Source of the DNA: an uncultured Ignavibacteria bacterium
Lineage (GTDB): Bacteria; Bacteroidota; Ignavibacteria; Kapaibacteriales; Kapaibacteriaceae
Direction: 5' to 3'
DNA length: 64,000 bases
Assembly (NCBI GenBank): GCA_903939735.1
Contig: CAJAIA010000028.1
Coordinates: forward strand, 48,978 to 112,977
Part shown: in pieces, positions 20,695 to 30,303 of the stretch
Position numbering within the stretch: the first letter of the stretch is position 1
How the letters are laid out: every line of letters begins with the position of its first letter
The notes under the pieces: model-generated
What the model was told of the DNA's origin: nothing
Database searches by the model: none
The model's input: the letters and a program-made list of their open reading frames with translations, nothing else
Program-made: the position numbers and the translations under genes

Positions 20695-21108
20695 TCAGTG
20701 ATCGAGTGAACCCAGGAGTTCTGGATCAACATCAATCTCCATCATCAGCATCGCCGAGGCGATCGTCTTACCCTGCGCGTCAAGCTTGAGTGATACCGTA
20801 CCGCCACCGCCAAGGGTGTTGTTGAGGACGAAGTTCACCGCCCAGAGGTTGGGGATCTCGTAGCGCTCAACAGTCCCGAGGCACACGCCCTTGAAATAGG
20901 CGGCTACGCGCTCAGTGGTCAGGGCATCACGGATAATCGGATACCATTCTTCTTTGAATGCGATAACGCCGCAGTTAGCAGCGTCGCCCTTGTCGCCACT
21001 GCGAGCATGAGCGATTTGACCCAGGGTGATTTTCATAGAGCGAAAATACGAACCACCCGGGTAGTACGTCTGTCCAGCCGAAAACGGTAACTTTGTAGCC
21101 TTATTCAC
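20695..21108 (-). CDS. hypothetical protein, DUF4387-like (tentative)
   Basis: ORF with GTG at 21108; more likely ATG at 21036 ([27 protein letters not shown]...); resemblance to the DUF4387 family is from memory only. Confidence 0.4.
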   Translation of the reverse strand: MNKATKLPFSAGQTYYPGGSYFRSMKITLGQIAHARSGDKGDAANCGVIAFKEEWYPIIRDALTTERVAAYFKGVCLGTVERYEIPNLWAVNFVLNNTLGGGGTVSLKLDAQGKTIASAMLMMEIDVDPELLGSLDH

Positions 21109-21136
21109 GTTTGAACGCCATCACGGGAGCGCTTCC

Positions 21137-21532
21137 ATGAATCGCGTCATGTTCAAGTCCAAAATTCACCGTGCTCGGATCACGCAAGCCGACCTTTATT
21201 ACGAAGGCAGTCTGACGATCGATGAGGAGCTCATGGAGGCTGCCGACCTGATCGCGTACGAGAAGGTATCTGTTGTGAACATCAACAACGGAGAGCGCTT
21301 CGAAACGTATGTGATCCCTGGCACGCGCGGTTCGCGCGACATTTGCCTCAACGGTGCTGCTGCTCGTAAGGGGCATGTAGACGACGAAGTCATCATCATC
21401 AGCTATACGACAATGCCGGATGCTGAAGCACGCGCCTATAAGCCGACAGTCGTCCTGGTTGATGCCAAGAATGATCCAGTTTCGATTTCTTCGAGCGTCG
21501 AAGCGTACACTCAACTTCCCCGTCATAACTAA
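21137..21532 (+). CDS. panD: aspartate 1-decarboxylase
   Basis: [25 protein letters not shown](LT)ID is the classic PanD N-terminus with the Gly-Ser self-cleavage site. Confidence 0.95.
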   Translation: MNRVMFKSKIHRARITQADLYYEGSLTIDEELMEAADLIAYEKVSVVNINNGERFETYVIPGTRGSRDICLNGAAARKGHVDDEVIIISYTTMPDAEARAYKPTVVLVDAKNDPVSISSSVEAYTQLPRHN

Positions 21533-21535
21533 GCG

Positions 21536-22294
21536 ATGCAGCAACACCGAGAACTCGCCGTAGCAATTCTTGCTGCGGGACAAGGCAAGCGCATGGGCAA
21601 TCCGAACCTCGCTAAGGTTCTTGCCTCACTCGACGGCAAACCTCTCCTCGGCTATGTCCTCGAACAGTCAGCTCAGCTCGTACCGGATGCCGTCGTTGTT
21701 ATCGTTGGCCATCAGCGCGAAGCGGTAGCCGCATTTGTGGCAGAGGCTATGCCTGCAGCTACATGTGTCGTGCAAGATCAGCAACTCGGCACCGGTCACG
21801 CGGTGCAGCAGACAGCGCCAGTCCTTGCGCAACGGCATGCCGATGTCATCATTCTGAGCGGAGATGTTCCGTTGCTCACGGGCAACACACTCCAGGAACT
21901 GCTGCATCGACATCGGTCGGGCAATGCTGTAGCAACTGTTCTCACTGCGCGTGTGCCAGATCCAACTGGATACGGGCGCATTGTGCGGGATGCCAGCGGA
22001 ACATTGCTTCGCATTGTGGAGCACAAGGACGCAACGGAAGAAGAGCGGATGATTGCCGAGATCAATTCAGGCATCTACGTTGTACGCTCAGAGGCACTTT
22101 ACGCATCGCTCGACCGTGTATCGAATGCAAACGCTCAAGGCGAATACTATCTCACGGACATCATTGGCATCCTTCAAGCGGATGGCGAACTCGTGGATGC
22201 ATGGTGCGCACCGTCGTGGGAAGAGCTTCACGGCATCAATACCGTTGCCGACCTTGAACACGCAAGCGTATTGCTTCAACAGCGGGGACAGTAA
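21536..22294 (+). CDS. sugar-phosphate nucleotidyltransferase (GlmU N-terminal-domain-like; no LbH acetyltransferase domain)
   Basis: AVAILAAGQGKRMG... NTP_transferase fold; 252 aa, ending before any hexapeptide-repeat domain. Confidence 0.75.
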   Translation: MQQHRELAVAILAAGQGKRMGNPNLAKVLASLDGKPLLGYVLEQSAQLVPDAVVVIVGHQREAVAAFVAEAMPAATCVVQDQQLGTGHAVQQTAPVLAQRHADVIILSGDVPLLTGNTLQELLHRHRSGNAVATVLTARVPDPTGYGRIVRDASGTLLRIVEHKDATEEERMIAEINSGIYVVRSEALYASLDRVSNANAQGEYYLTDIIGILQADGELVDAWCAPSWEELHGINTVADLEHASVLLQQRGQ

Positions 22295-22698
22295 TGATTC
22301 AAGCAATTGACCACATCGGTATCGCCGTACGCGATCTTGAAGCGAGCATCACGTTGTACAAGACGTTGTTTCAGATTGACACAATGCATCGCGAACAAGT
22401 CGTCGAGTTTGGTGTCGATATCGCTTCGTTTTCGCTTAATGGTGTTCGCATCGAACTTACGGCACCTCTCCATGCAGACACGCCGATTGGAAAGTTCCTC
22501 GACAAACGCGGAGAAGGCATCCATCACGTTGCCTTTCGCACCGACACCATCGGCGAAGATCTACAGCGCCTTGCCAACAACGACATTCGCTTGATTAACA
22601 CCGAACCTCAGAACGGTGCCCACGATATGCTCGTCGCATTCCTCCACCCGTCATCAACCGGTGGTGTGTTGATGGAACTCTGCTCGGAGAAACCCTGA
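22294..22698 (+). CDS. methylmalonyl-CoA epimerase (VOC/glyoxalase family)
   Basis: 134 aa; IDHIGIAVRDLEASI...GEGIHHVAF is typical of epimerase-type VOC proteins. Confidence 0.75.
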   Translation: MIQAIDHIGIAVRDLEASITLYKTLFQIDTMHREQVVEFGVDIASFSLNGVRIELTAPLHADTPIGKFLDKRGEGIHHVAFRTDTIGEDLQRLANNDIRLINTEPQNGAHDMLVAFLHPSSTGGVLMELCSEKP

Positions 22699-23318
22699 TG
22701 CCACGCCTTACGCTTATTCGTCACGGTGAATCACAATGGAATCTCGAGAATCGCTTCACGGGATGGGTCGATGTCGACCTTACACCGAAAGGCGAGCGTG
22801 AAGCAGCAGCGGCCGGACACGTCCTACGCGGCGTGCCTGTCGACGTACTGTTTACGTCCGTGCTCAAACGTGCGATGCGCACAGCAGAGATCGCATGCGG
22901 GGAAGCCGGCATTCACGACATTCCCGTTCACCGGGATGCCGCACTGAACGAGCGTCACTACGGCGATCTCCAGGGTTTGAACAAAGCGGAAACAGCAGCT
23001 TCCTACGGCGATGAGCAGGTACACGTATGGCGCAGATCGTACGATGTGCCACCTCCGAACGGTGAATCGCTTAAAGACACGCAGGCTCGCGTTGCACCGT
23101 ACTACCAGTCACAGATCGTGCCGCTTCTTCGGGCGGATCAGAATGTGCTGGTCGTTGCACACGGCAATTCACTTCGTTCCCTCGTCATGTTCGTTGAACA
23201 TCTCTCTCCAGAAGAAATTCTCAAGATCGAGATCGCCACTGGCGTTCCGATCACCTATGAACTCGACAAGGACCTTAACGTTGTTTCAAAGACCATTCTT
23301 ACGCCTACTGCTTCGTAG
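22698..23318 (+). CDS. gpmA: 2,3-bisphosphoglycerate-dependent phosphoglycerate mutase
   Basis: LIRHGESQWN...RFTGWVDVDLTPKGEREA histidine-phosphatase motifs. Confidence 0.88.
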   Translation: MPRLTLIRHGESQWNLENRFTGWVDVDLTPKGEREAAAAGHVLRGVPVDVLFTSVLKRAMRTAEIACGEAGIHDIPVHRDAALNERHYGDLQGLNKAETAASYGDEQVHVWRRSYDVPPPNGESLKDTQARVAPYYQSQIVPLLRADQNVLVVAHGNSLRSLVMFVEHLSPEEILKIEIATGVPITYELDKDLNVVSKTILTPTAS

Positions 23319-25002
23319 CGCTGCTGTTGCAGCAGTAGTGCTCGCAGGCTGGACGCACACCTCAGCCCAGACACAGTCACCGGTACTGCGTGCCATGCGC
23401 GCTGAAGTAGACCGCACGATGACAACGCTTGCGAAGACAACGCCAGCTCCGTACTTCCTCTCCTATGCGGTAACGGAAGTGTCGTCAACAGTGATCACCG
23501 CATCCATGGGTGCGATTGATATCGATGTTACGTCATCACGAAGAGTTCTTGATGTTGATCTTCGTGTTGGATCCTACGAACTCGACAATACGCGAAGCAT
23601 TCGCGGCGTAGCGTTTGAGATGGGACGTGGCACGCGTGGAGTTGAGATGCCCGCAGGGGATGATGAACGTGCTCTGCGCAGCGTGATTTGGTCGGCCACA
23701 GATAAGGCGTACTCGGCAGCAGCCGAACGTTTCGGCAAGGTCCTGACGAATCTGCAGGTTAAGGTGCGCGAGGAAGACTCCTCGGCGGATCTCTCTCGTG
23801 AGCAAGCCTACGTATCGATCACACCCCCACGGGCATTTGAGTACGACACTGCGATGTGGCGCGACCGTGTGCGCTCATTGAGTGCAATGTGTGCGCAGCA
23901 AGAGCATATTCTGAGCGGACGCGTGTCGTTCCAGACAGATCGTCTGGTAAAGTACATTGTGAACTCAGAGGGCACTACAATTCAGCTCTCCGAGCCAATC
24001 GTAAAGATGTTTGTCATCATCAAGGCGAAAGCTGACGATGGCATGAGTCTGCCGCTGTATGAGAGCTATTCGGCCTACGCAGCTGATCGGCTGCCGTCGA
24101 AGGCATCGATGGAGCAGGACGTGCGGAGGCTCATTGATCTTGCGCGACGGCTTCGTACCGCGCCATTGCTTGAGACCTATACCGGACCCGCCATTTTGTC
24201 GGGTCGTAGCGCCGGCGTGTTCTTCCACGAGATCTTTGGTCACCGCGTCGAAGGACATCGCCAGAAAGACGTCAACTCGAGTCAGACGTTTAAGCCGTTC
24301 CTCAACAAGCGCATTTTGCCTCCATTCATCAACGTGGTCTTCGATCCAACGATCACGTCCCTGCGCGGCAACGACATCGTCGGTGCGTTTTCATTCGACG
24401 ATGAAGGCATGCCGGGCAAACGCGTTGTCGCAGTCGACAGTGGCATCTTCAAGAGCTTCCTGATGTCACGATCACCAATCGACAGCTTCCCTGTCTCGAA
24501 TGGACACGGCCGACGTCAACCTGGATTCAAGGCAGTGTCGCGTCAGTCGAACCTCATCGTTGAAGCCACAACAACAGTCCCATACGACACGCTTCGTGCA
24601 ATGCTTCGTCGCGAGTGCATCGTGCAGAAGAAAGAGTTCGGCTTGCTGTTCGAAGACATACAAGGCGGCTTCACATTCACCGGACGCACTGTCCCGAATG
24701 CGTTTAACGTTCAGCCCCTTGTTGTCTACAAAGTATTCGCAGATGGACGTCCCGACGAACTCATTCGCGGCGTCGACCTCATCGGGACACCATTGACAAC
24801 GTTTAACAACATCGTCGCAGCAGCAGATGATCTTGGCGTCTTCAATGGCGTGTGTGGCGCTGAATCAGGTGGTGTACCTGTAAGCGCATGTTCTCCAAGT
24901 TTGCTTGTATCGACAATTGAAGTGCAGAAGAAGCAGAAATCACAAGCAAAACCACCAATTCTGCCTGATCCAACAGTACCATCAGCAGGGAGCCGACCAT
25001 GA
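23257..25002 (+). CDS. secreted TldD-like metallopeptidase (peptidase U62), HExxxH-containing
   Basis: Signal peptide (MNSTRTLTLFQRPFLRLLLRSAAVAAVVLAGWTHTSAQ, or TTG start at 23281); HEIFGHRVEGH matches the TldD HExxxH motif; ~580 aa; the 23011 ORF extension overlaps gpmA and is rejected. Confidence 0.72.
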   Translation: MNSTRTLTLFQRPFLRLLLRSAAVAAVVLAGWTHTSAQTQSPVLRAMRAEVDRTMTTLAKTTPAPYFLSYAVTEVSSTVITASMGAIDIDVTSSRRVLDVDLRVGSYELDNTRSIRGVAFEMGRGTRGVEMPAGDDERALRSVIWSATDKAYSAAAERFGKVLTNLQVKVREEDSSADLSREQAYVSITPPRAFEYDTAMWRDRVRSLSAMCAQQEHILSGRVSFQTDRLVKYIVNSEGTTIQLSEPIVKMFVIIKAKADDGMSLPLYESYSAYAADRLPSKASMEQDVRRLIDLARRLRTAPLLETYTGPAILSGRSAGVFFHEIFGHRVEGHRQKDVNSSQTFKPFLNKRILPPFINVVFDPTITSLRGNDIVGAFSFDDEGMPGKRVVAVDSGIFKSFLMSRSPIDSFPVSNGHGRRQPGFKAVSRQSNLIVEATTTVPYDTLRAMLRRECIVQKKEFGLLFEDIQGGFTFTGRTVPNAFNVQPLVVYKVFADGRPDELIRGVDLIGTPLTTFNNIVAAADDLGVFNGVCGAESGGVPVSACSPSLLVSTIEVQKKQKSQAKPPILPDPTVPSAGSRP

Positions 25003-26768
25003 ACCGACTTCTTGCGCTTGGCGTTGCACTTGTAACGCTCACGGTTTCATCGTTGGCACAGCAGCTACAGCGCGACGACATTCTCGCTGCCATGGAGGCA
25101 GAACTTCAGCGATCAATGCAGCAGCTATCGCTGGGCGATCTCGCACGACCTTACTACATCGAGTACATCCTCAACACGCGGAGAGCGACGACAGCACATG
25201 CTGTGCTTGGCACGATTGAAGATGTGGACTCTGGTACACGCGCAACAATTACAGTGCGCGTTCGCGTTGGCGGTCAGAAATTCGACAACACGAATTTCTT
25301 CGACGTCAGCCTCGGTTTTTTTGGGTCGAGTGACGACGAAGAGAGCTTCAAGAATCGTCTCATTCCGTTTGAGCTCTCTGCAGATGTGCTCCGACGTGAG
25401 CTATGGCTTGCGACTGATGCATGTTACAAGCAGGCTGTTGAGATCTACGCCAAGAAGGAGTCGACACTTAAGAATCGCCTTCGTCGCGACACCACGTGGG
25501 ACTTCTTCCTGATGCCTACTGGTGGAGAGCGTGTCGATGTGTCGCCATCACCGCAAATCCGTATCGACGATCTGCGTCAGCGCGTAGAGCGCCTCAGTGG
25601 CATCTTCCGCAGTTATCCAGCTATCTATCAATCGCGTGTTGGCATGGAGGTGATCCCGAAGGAGACCTACTACGTGAACTCCGAAGGTCGCCGCATGCAT
25701 AAAACCGAGAGCACGGTTGGCATCGAGGTGGTTGCAACCACGCAAGCGGATGATGGGATGCCCCTTGCACAGACCTATGCGGTGTACGGCACACAGATGA
25801 GCGACCTCCCAACGATCGACTCACTCGAGCGTGCAGTGCGCGCAGTTGCAGCGCGACTAGCAGCGCAGCGAACTGCACCAATCATCGAACCATATTCAGG
25901 ACCGGTCCTGTTTGAAGGACGAGCTGCAGGCGGCATAATCGGACAGTTCTTTGCGCCCAATCTTGTAGCGCAGCGCCCGCCCCTTTCCGAAGGAGGCTTC
26001 TCAACGAATGATCGTTCAATGGCGTTTCAGAACAAGATCGGCGCTCGCGTATTGCCGGAGTTCCTTACAGTTCGTGATCGGCCTAGCATGACTCGTCATG
26101 GATCACACTCGGTGTGTGGAGGCTACAGCATCGACGACGAAGCAACGCCTGCACAGGACGTGCTCCTGGTCGAGAACGGATATCTCCGAACACTTCTCTC
26201 GTCGAGGACCCCAACAAAGCGCATCAATGCTAGCAACGGACATCTACGGGGCGGCGGAACGATGTTTAGCGTCTTGGATCTTTCGTCGCGCGAACCGAAG
26301 CATACATTGAGTGCGCCAGATCTCAAGAAGCGTCTTCTGAAGCTCGTCAAGGATCGCGATCTTCCCTACGGAATTATCGTCCGTGCGACGATAGATCAGA
26401 ACCTCCTCTTTACGGGCATCATCCGACAGCTTGGAAGCGATCTTCCTGTGTCGCAAGGCGAGGGCAAGATTGGTCTGCTTGAAGCCTATCGCATCTATCC
26501 GGATGGTCGCGAAGAACTCATTCGCGGCGTCGAAGCCGCTGGAGTTTCTGCCGCATCATTCAAAGACATCATTGCAGTGTCGAAGACGCAGACGGCGCAT
26601 GCATTCCTTGCACCGAGTGTTGTGCCATCATTCATTAGCGGTGGCGCATCGTATCTGCTGTCGACGGTAATCACGCCAGACCTTCTGTTTGAGGATCTCG
26701 AAGTACGTCCGCTTGAAGGTGATATGCCGAAGCCGCCGGTCTTGACTAACCCCATCGCTGGTGAGTGA
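24999..26768 (+). CDS. secreted TldE/PmbA-like protein (peptidase U62 partner, no HExxxH)
   Basis: Signal peptide MNRLLALGVALVTLTVSSLAQ; same fold and paralogous blocks to the upstream gene (…YSGPVLFEGRAAGG…) but lacking the metal motif; 4-nt overlap with the TldD-like gene. Confidence 0.68.
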   Translation: MNRLLALGVALVTLTVSSLAQQLQRDDILAAMEAELQRSMQQLSLGDLARPYYIEYILNTRRATTAHAVLGTIEDVDSGTRATITVRVRVGGQKFDNTNFFDVSLGFFGSSDDEESFKNRLIPFELSADVLRRELWLATDACYKQAVEIYAKKESTLKNRLRRDTTWDFFLMPTGGERVDVSPSPQIRIDDLRQRVERLSGIFRSYPAIYQSRVGMEVIPKETYYVNSEGRRMHKTESTVGIEVVATTQADDGMPLAQTYAVYGTQMSDLPTIDSLERAVRAVAARLAAQRTAPIIEPYSGPVLFEGRAAGGIIGQFFAPNLVAQRPPLSEGGFSTNDRSMAFQNKIGARVLPEFLTVRDRPSMTRHGSHSVCGGYSIDDEATPAQDVLLVENGYLRTLLSSRTPTKRINASNGHLRGGGTMFSVLDLSSREPKHTLSAPDLKKRLLKLVKDRDLPYGIIVRATIDQNLLFTGIIRQLGSDLPVSQGEGKIGLLEAYRIYPDGREELIRGVEAAGVSAASFKDIIAVSKTQTAHAFLAPSVVPSFISGGASYLLSTVITPDLLFEDLEVRPLEGDMPKPPVLTNPIAGE

Positions 26769-29003
26769 TCACTCGAGGGTGTATCGCACGCCGATGTACA
26801 GCATGCGTGAATCGAGCTGACCCCACGCAAGTGAGGCGTCGAAGCGATACGTGTAGGGATCATCTGCACCGATGATTGGATCGCGCTGGATCATGTTTAG
26901 CGCATTCTCGATGCCGAGGTAAACGTCGAATCCTTCAAAGCGCCGAGTGAGCTGCGCATTTAGTCGCCACATTCCCGGGAACGTTGTAGCACGCGTGTCA
27001 ACGGCCATGTTTCCAGCCGTTGTTGGAAATCGTCCCGGCCCGTTCCAGGCCAACGTGACGTCGCCCTGCCACTGCATACCAGGTGTCGTATACGACACCG
27101 TCGTCAAGACGCGTGATCGACTTACGAGCGGACGTTGTTGCAACTGCCCACCGTAGGGCGCTTGAACATCAACCCATCGATAGGCCATCAGGACGTCAAG
27201 GCGGGGCATCGGAGAGAACAGTACCTGCGCCATGACATTTGTCGAGAAGCTCTCGCCACGCAGATTCGTCACCCAGAGTTCGCGCACAGAGCGGTCGTAA
27301 TCGACGTAGACCTGATTGGTGAAACGCGTGGTATAGACTTCCGCATCAAACGTGAATGGACGTCCGCCGAGCTCAAACGATGTTGTCATCGATGCTCCTA
27401 CGTTCCATGCATCCTCCGGCAGAAACGTTGGATCCATGATCACTTGTCGCGAATTGACATATGATCCAAGATTCTCCATGACCACATTCGCAACCCGCCA
27501 TCCGCGTCCAGCCGACACGCGAAGCGATGTCATGTCGGTGATCGACCACTTCGCATGAGCTCGCGGCACAAGACGTGTGCCATAGAGATTATGAGCGTCA
27601 GCTCGGAGTCCAGCAAGAACCGTCAGTGACGATGTTGGCTGCAACGTGAGCTCTGCATATGCACCAGGAACATGCTCCACACGAGCCATCGATCGCGCAT
27701 CGAGGCGCTCTTGTACATCGTCAAACATGTAGGAGAATCCTGCTACCAACTTCACTTCAGAAGTGAACGGTGCAGCGACGACGCCACGCACGTTGAGCGT
27801 GCGCTGCAAGCCCCGTGCAGAGCGTGTGCCGAATGCCGACGAGGCATCATGATACACACCAGCGACGACCAGCGAGATTCCACTACCCTCTTCCATTGAC
27901 TCGAAGGGGTCAAGCAGACCGAACTTGAGGAATCCATCAACACGACCAATCTCGGTTACCACATCGTAGGGACGCGCCCACGTTGAATCGTGTTGCTCAA
28001 ACATCGCGTTATGCACAATGCTCTGACCAGACACGTAGCGGTCCTGCAGGCCCCGTATGAAGAACTGCCACTCAACCTCATCATCGTTATACATCCACCG
28101 GTGGACGAGGTTGACTTGACGAAACGTTGGATTGTCGGCGAAGCCGTCATCGTTCTGATCCATCGCTTCGTCCATCACGCGTGCGTGCAGCATCGTCATG
28201 GTTGAGAGTTCATCCGTGAGTGTCTGCGCGCCATAGATGTTTGCCTCAAATCGCTGCATTGTGTTCGCGTAGGCATTCACATACAACGTCGGACTCGACA
28301 TTGGGTTATGCATGCAGAGATTGATCTGGCCCGTGATCGACTCATAGCCATTCGTAACCGTAGAGCTTCCTTTTGCGATGCTGATCGATTCCAAGAACGG
28401 ACCAGGCACATGATCGAGTCCGAATGGGACTTCGAGCGCACGCGGCAGCGGCACGGCCTCGATCAGCATCTGTGTGTAGGTTCCCCGCAGACCCAACAGC
28501 TGCACTTGCTTTGCCCCTGTCACTGCATCGGCAAACGATACTTCAACCGACGGGTTCTTCTCGAAGGACTCCGCCAGTGAGCAGCACGCAGCCTTTGCTA
28601 GGTCCTTCTTCGAGATCACTTCCGTCTTGATTGGTGCTCGCGTAATCGACGACTCTTCGGCCTCGACGACAACCTCCGACGACGACGACGGATCGAGCTC
28701 GATCGTCACGGAATCTGCACGCAGATCGACAACGACATACCGCGTTCGATACGACACAAAGCGGATCTCCAACGTGTCGGTTTCATTACTTCTCGTAATC
28801 GTGAAACCTCCACTAGCGTCCTTTACAACAGCACCCAGTTGGGTGCTCTTCCAACGCACGGTTGCGCCGCGAAGCGGTTGGAGAGATCCATCAGGTTGGC
28901 GTCCGAGGACTCTGCCCTTGAGATCATCAAGGGCGAAAAGATTTGTGGGCAGCATCACCACGACAGCCATGAGTGCCATCAGCACCCGAAGGGAGGTTTG
29001 CAT
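26769..29003 (-). CDS. TonB-dependent outer-membrane receptor with N-terminal carboxypeptidase-regulatory-like domain
   Basis: Signal peptide MQTSLRVLMALMAVVVML (internal Met of the 29039 ORF); CarbopepD_reg-like segment; plug domain and long beta-barrel with Gly/aromatic-rich strands. Confidence 0.8.
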   Translation of the reverse strand: MQTSLRVLMALMAVVVMLPTNLFALDDLKGRVLGRQPDGSLQPLRGATVRWKSTQLGAVVKDASGGFTITRSNETDTLEIRFVSYRTRYVVVDLRADSVTIELDPSSSSEVVVEAEESSITRAPIKTEVISKKDLAKAACCSLAESFEKNPSVEVSFADAVTGAKQVQLLGLRGTYTQMLIEAVPLPRALEVPFGLDHVPGPFLESISIAKGSSTVTNGYESITGQINLCMHNPMSSPTLYVNAYANTMQRFEANIYGAQTLTDELSTMTMLHARVMDEAMDQNDDGFADNPTFRQVNLVHRWMYNDDEVEWQFFIRGLQDRYVSGQSIVHNAMFEQHDSTWARPYDVVTEIGRVDGFLKFGLLDPFESMEEGSGISLVVAGVYHDASSAFGTRSARGLQRTLNVRGVVAAPFTSEVKLVAGFSYMFDDVQERLDARSMARVEHVPGAYAELTLQPTSSLTVLAGLRADAHNLYGTRLVPRAHAKWSITDMTSLRVSAGRGWRVANVVMENLGSYVNSRQVIMDPTFLPEDAWNVGASMTTSFELGGRPFTFDAEVYTTRFTNQVYVDYDRSVRELWVTNLRGESFSTNVMAQVLFSPMPRLDVLMAYRWVDVQAPYGGQLQQRPLVSRSRVLTTVSYTTPGMQWQGDVTLAWNGPGRFPTTAGNMAVDTRATTFPGMWRLNAQLTRRFEGFDVYLGIENALNMIQRDPIIGADDPYTYRFDASLAWGQLDSRMLYIGVRYTLE

Positions 29004-29054
29004 ACAAGTAGTGCCTCGACGTGAAGAAACAATCAGCATTCACGATGAGCACTC

Positions 29055-29456
29055 TTATAGTCGTCGAACTCCTAGCTGCGCCCGCTCAGGGGGCGAGTGG
29101 GTTATGCCTTCGGCAATGAGCCCGGCTCGCGCCTGCGAGACCTGCACTGCTTCAAACAGCCGAACGACGTCGATATCAGCAAAGGGCTCTGCACATTCGG
29201 GAGCATGGGAGGATGCGATCGCATCATCCAGTGCCCCAACATATGCGAACTCCACTGTCAGATCAACGTCATCAGCAGAACATGGCTCTTCTTCACAACA
29301 TGGGTCGGTATCCGGACAGCACGATATCGGCTCGCATTCTGTCTGCAGGGATACACGCTGTCCGCAGCAATATTGAGCCACAACGGGACCGCCCGCAACC
29401 ATCAGAAGCTGCAGGACCAGGAGAATTGGGGCAAGAATGTAGCGGTGCGCTGCCAT
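29055..29456 (-). CDS. small secreted acidic cysteine-rich protein (putative metal-binding)
   Basis: Internal Met MAAHRYILAPILLVLQLLMVAGGPVVAQ, then YCCGQRVSLQTECEPISCCPDTDPCCEEEPC (9 Cys in 35 aa); 16 bp upstream of the TonB receptor gene on the same strand. Confidence 0.55.
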   Translation of the reverse strand: MAAHRYILAPILLVLQLLMVAGGPVVAQYCCGQRVSLQTECEPISCCPDTDPCCEEEPCSADDVDLTVEFAYVGALDDAIASSHAPECAEPFADIDVVRLFEAVQVSQARAGLIAEGITHSPPERAQLGVRRL

Positions 29457-29465
29457 GAGCACGAA

Positions 29466-29480
29466 AAATAATGATAATTC
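29466..29480. promoter_or_regulatory. Fur-box-like site (AAATAATGATAATTC) upstream of the Cys-rich protein/TonB receptor operon
   Basis: 11/11 match to the ATAATGATAAT core of the classical Fur box GATAATGATAATCATTATC; two nATwAT hexamers; sits 10-25 nt upstream of the minus-strand start codon. Confidence 0.45.
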
Positions 29481-29571
29481 TCGGTCGAACCGCATATTTC
29501 CTGCTTGTCTATGCCCCAGCATTTTCCTACGTTCGTCCATACGTGTTCTCGCTATCGCAACGGAGGGGCTT

Positions 29572-29802
29572 ATGTCCGACGTGAAGCACTACAGCAACGG
29601 AGAGATAACGATCGTCTGGAAATCAGAGAAGTGTGCGCATTCGGCCAATTGTTTTCGAAATCTGCCGGTCGTCTTCAATCCGCGCGTTAAGCCCTGGATT
29701 CAGCCGCATAATGCCGTTACAGGGGAGATCGTGCAGGTCGTGCAAGGCTGCCCGAGTGGGGCGTTAACGATCCTCGACGGGGATGTACCGCAGCCTGAAT
29801 AG
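29572..29802 (+). CDS. (4Fe-4S)-binding protein, DUF1271 family
   Basis: MSDVKHYSNGEITIVWKSEKCAHSANCFRNLPVVFNPRVKPWIQPHNA...GCPSGAL matches the remembered DUF1271 pattern YSNGEITV.W...KC.H...C...LP.VFNP..KPWI....CPSGAL. Confidence 0.75.
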   Translation: MSDVKHYSNGEITIVWKSEKCAHSANCFRNLPVVFNPRVKPWIQPHNAVTGEIVQVVQGCPSGALTILDGDVPQPE

Positions 29803-29867
29803 CGTAACTTTTTCACAGTTACGGATTCATAGTTCCTCGCAACCGATCAGTCACCTATCTTTGCCCC

Positions 29868-30293
29868 ATGATTCGCCGCCTAGCCATCCTCGCTGTCCTT
29901 GTGTGCACCACGGTCGTCGCCTACGGCGTCCAGGTGACCTTGCAGTACTTTAATGCGAAGTCGAATGGCACCTCAATCTCGCTTGAATGGAAGTCGACAG
30001 CAGAGTCAAACCTGGTGCAATACGAGATTGAACGTGCAGGCGAAGACAATCAGTTCCGGTACGTCGCAACACTCCAAGCTCGCGGTAGCAATACGGTGTA
30101 CTCCTATCGTGACGACGAAGCATTCGGCAAGGGCGATGGCAACGACGGTTCAGTTGCACGCAACTACTTCACCTACCGCCTGAAGATGGTCACACCTGAC
30201 CGCTCGGCTTCGTACTCGAACTCCATTGGCGTTACCCATAACGTTAGCGGCATCAAGCGTACGTGGGGCATGATCAAGGAAATGTTCCGATAA
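29868..30293 (+). CDS. secreted hypothetical protein (fibronectin-III-like beta-sandwich?)
   Basis: Signal peptide MIRRLAILAVLVCTTVVAYG; ISLEWKSTAESNLVQYEIER is fn3-like; 141 aa. Confidence 0.5.
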   Translation: MIRRLAILAVLVCTTVVAYGVQVTLQYFNAKSNGTSISLEWKSTAESNLVQYEIERAGEDNQFRYVATLQARGSNTVYSYRDDEAFGKGDGNDGSVARNYFTYRLKMVTPDRSASYSNSIGVTHNVSGIKRTWGMIKEMFR

Positions 30294-30303
30294 GGAACGT
30301 CCT

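Noticed and set aside
21101-21583. 160-aa minus-strand ORF
   Set aside because: Completely overlaps panD on the plus strand, which has unmistakable PanD motifs. It is an antisense artefact of high GC.
23011-23256. N-terminal extension of the TldD-like ORF
   Set aside because: Overlaps the 3' third of gpmA in another frame. The signal peptide begins at the internal Met (23257) or the TTG at 23281.
28627-29376. 249-aa plus-strand Ser/Thr-rich ORF
   Set aside because: Antisense to the TonB-receptor start and the Cys-rich protein gene. It is low-complexity with no start context. The minus-strand genes carry signal peptides and domain structure.
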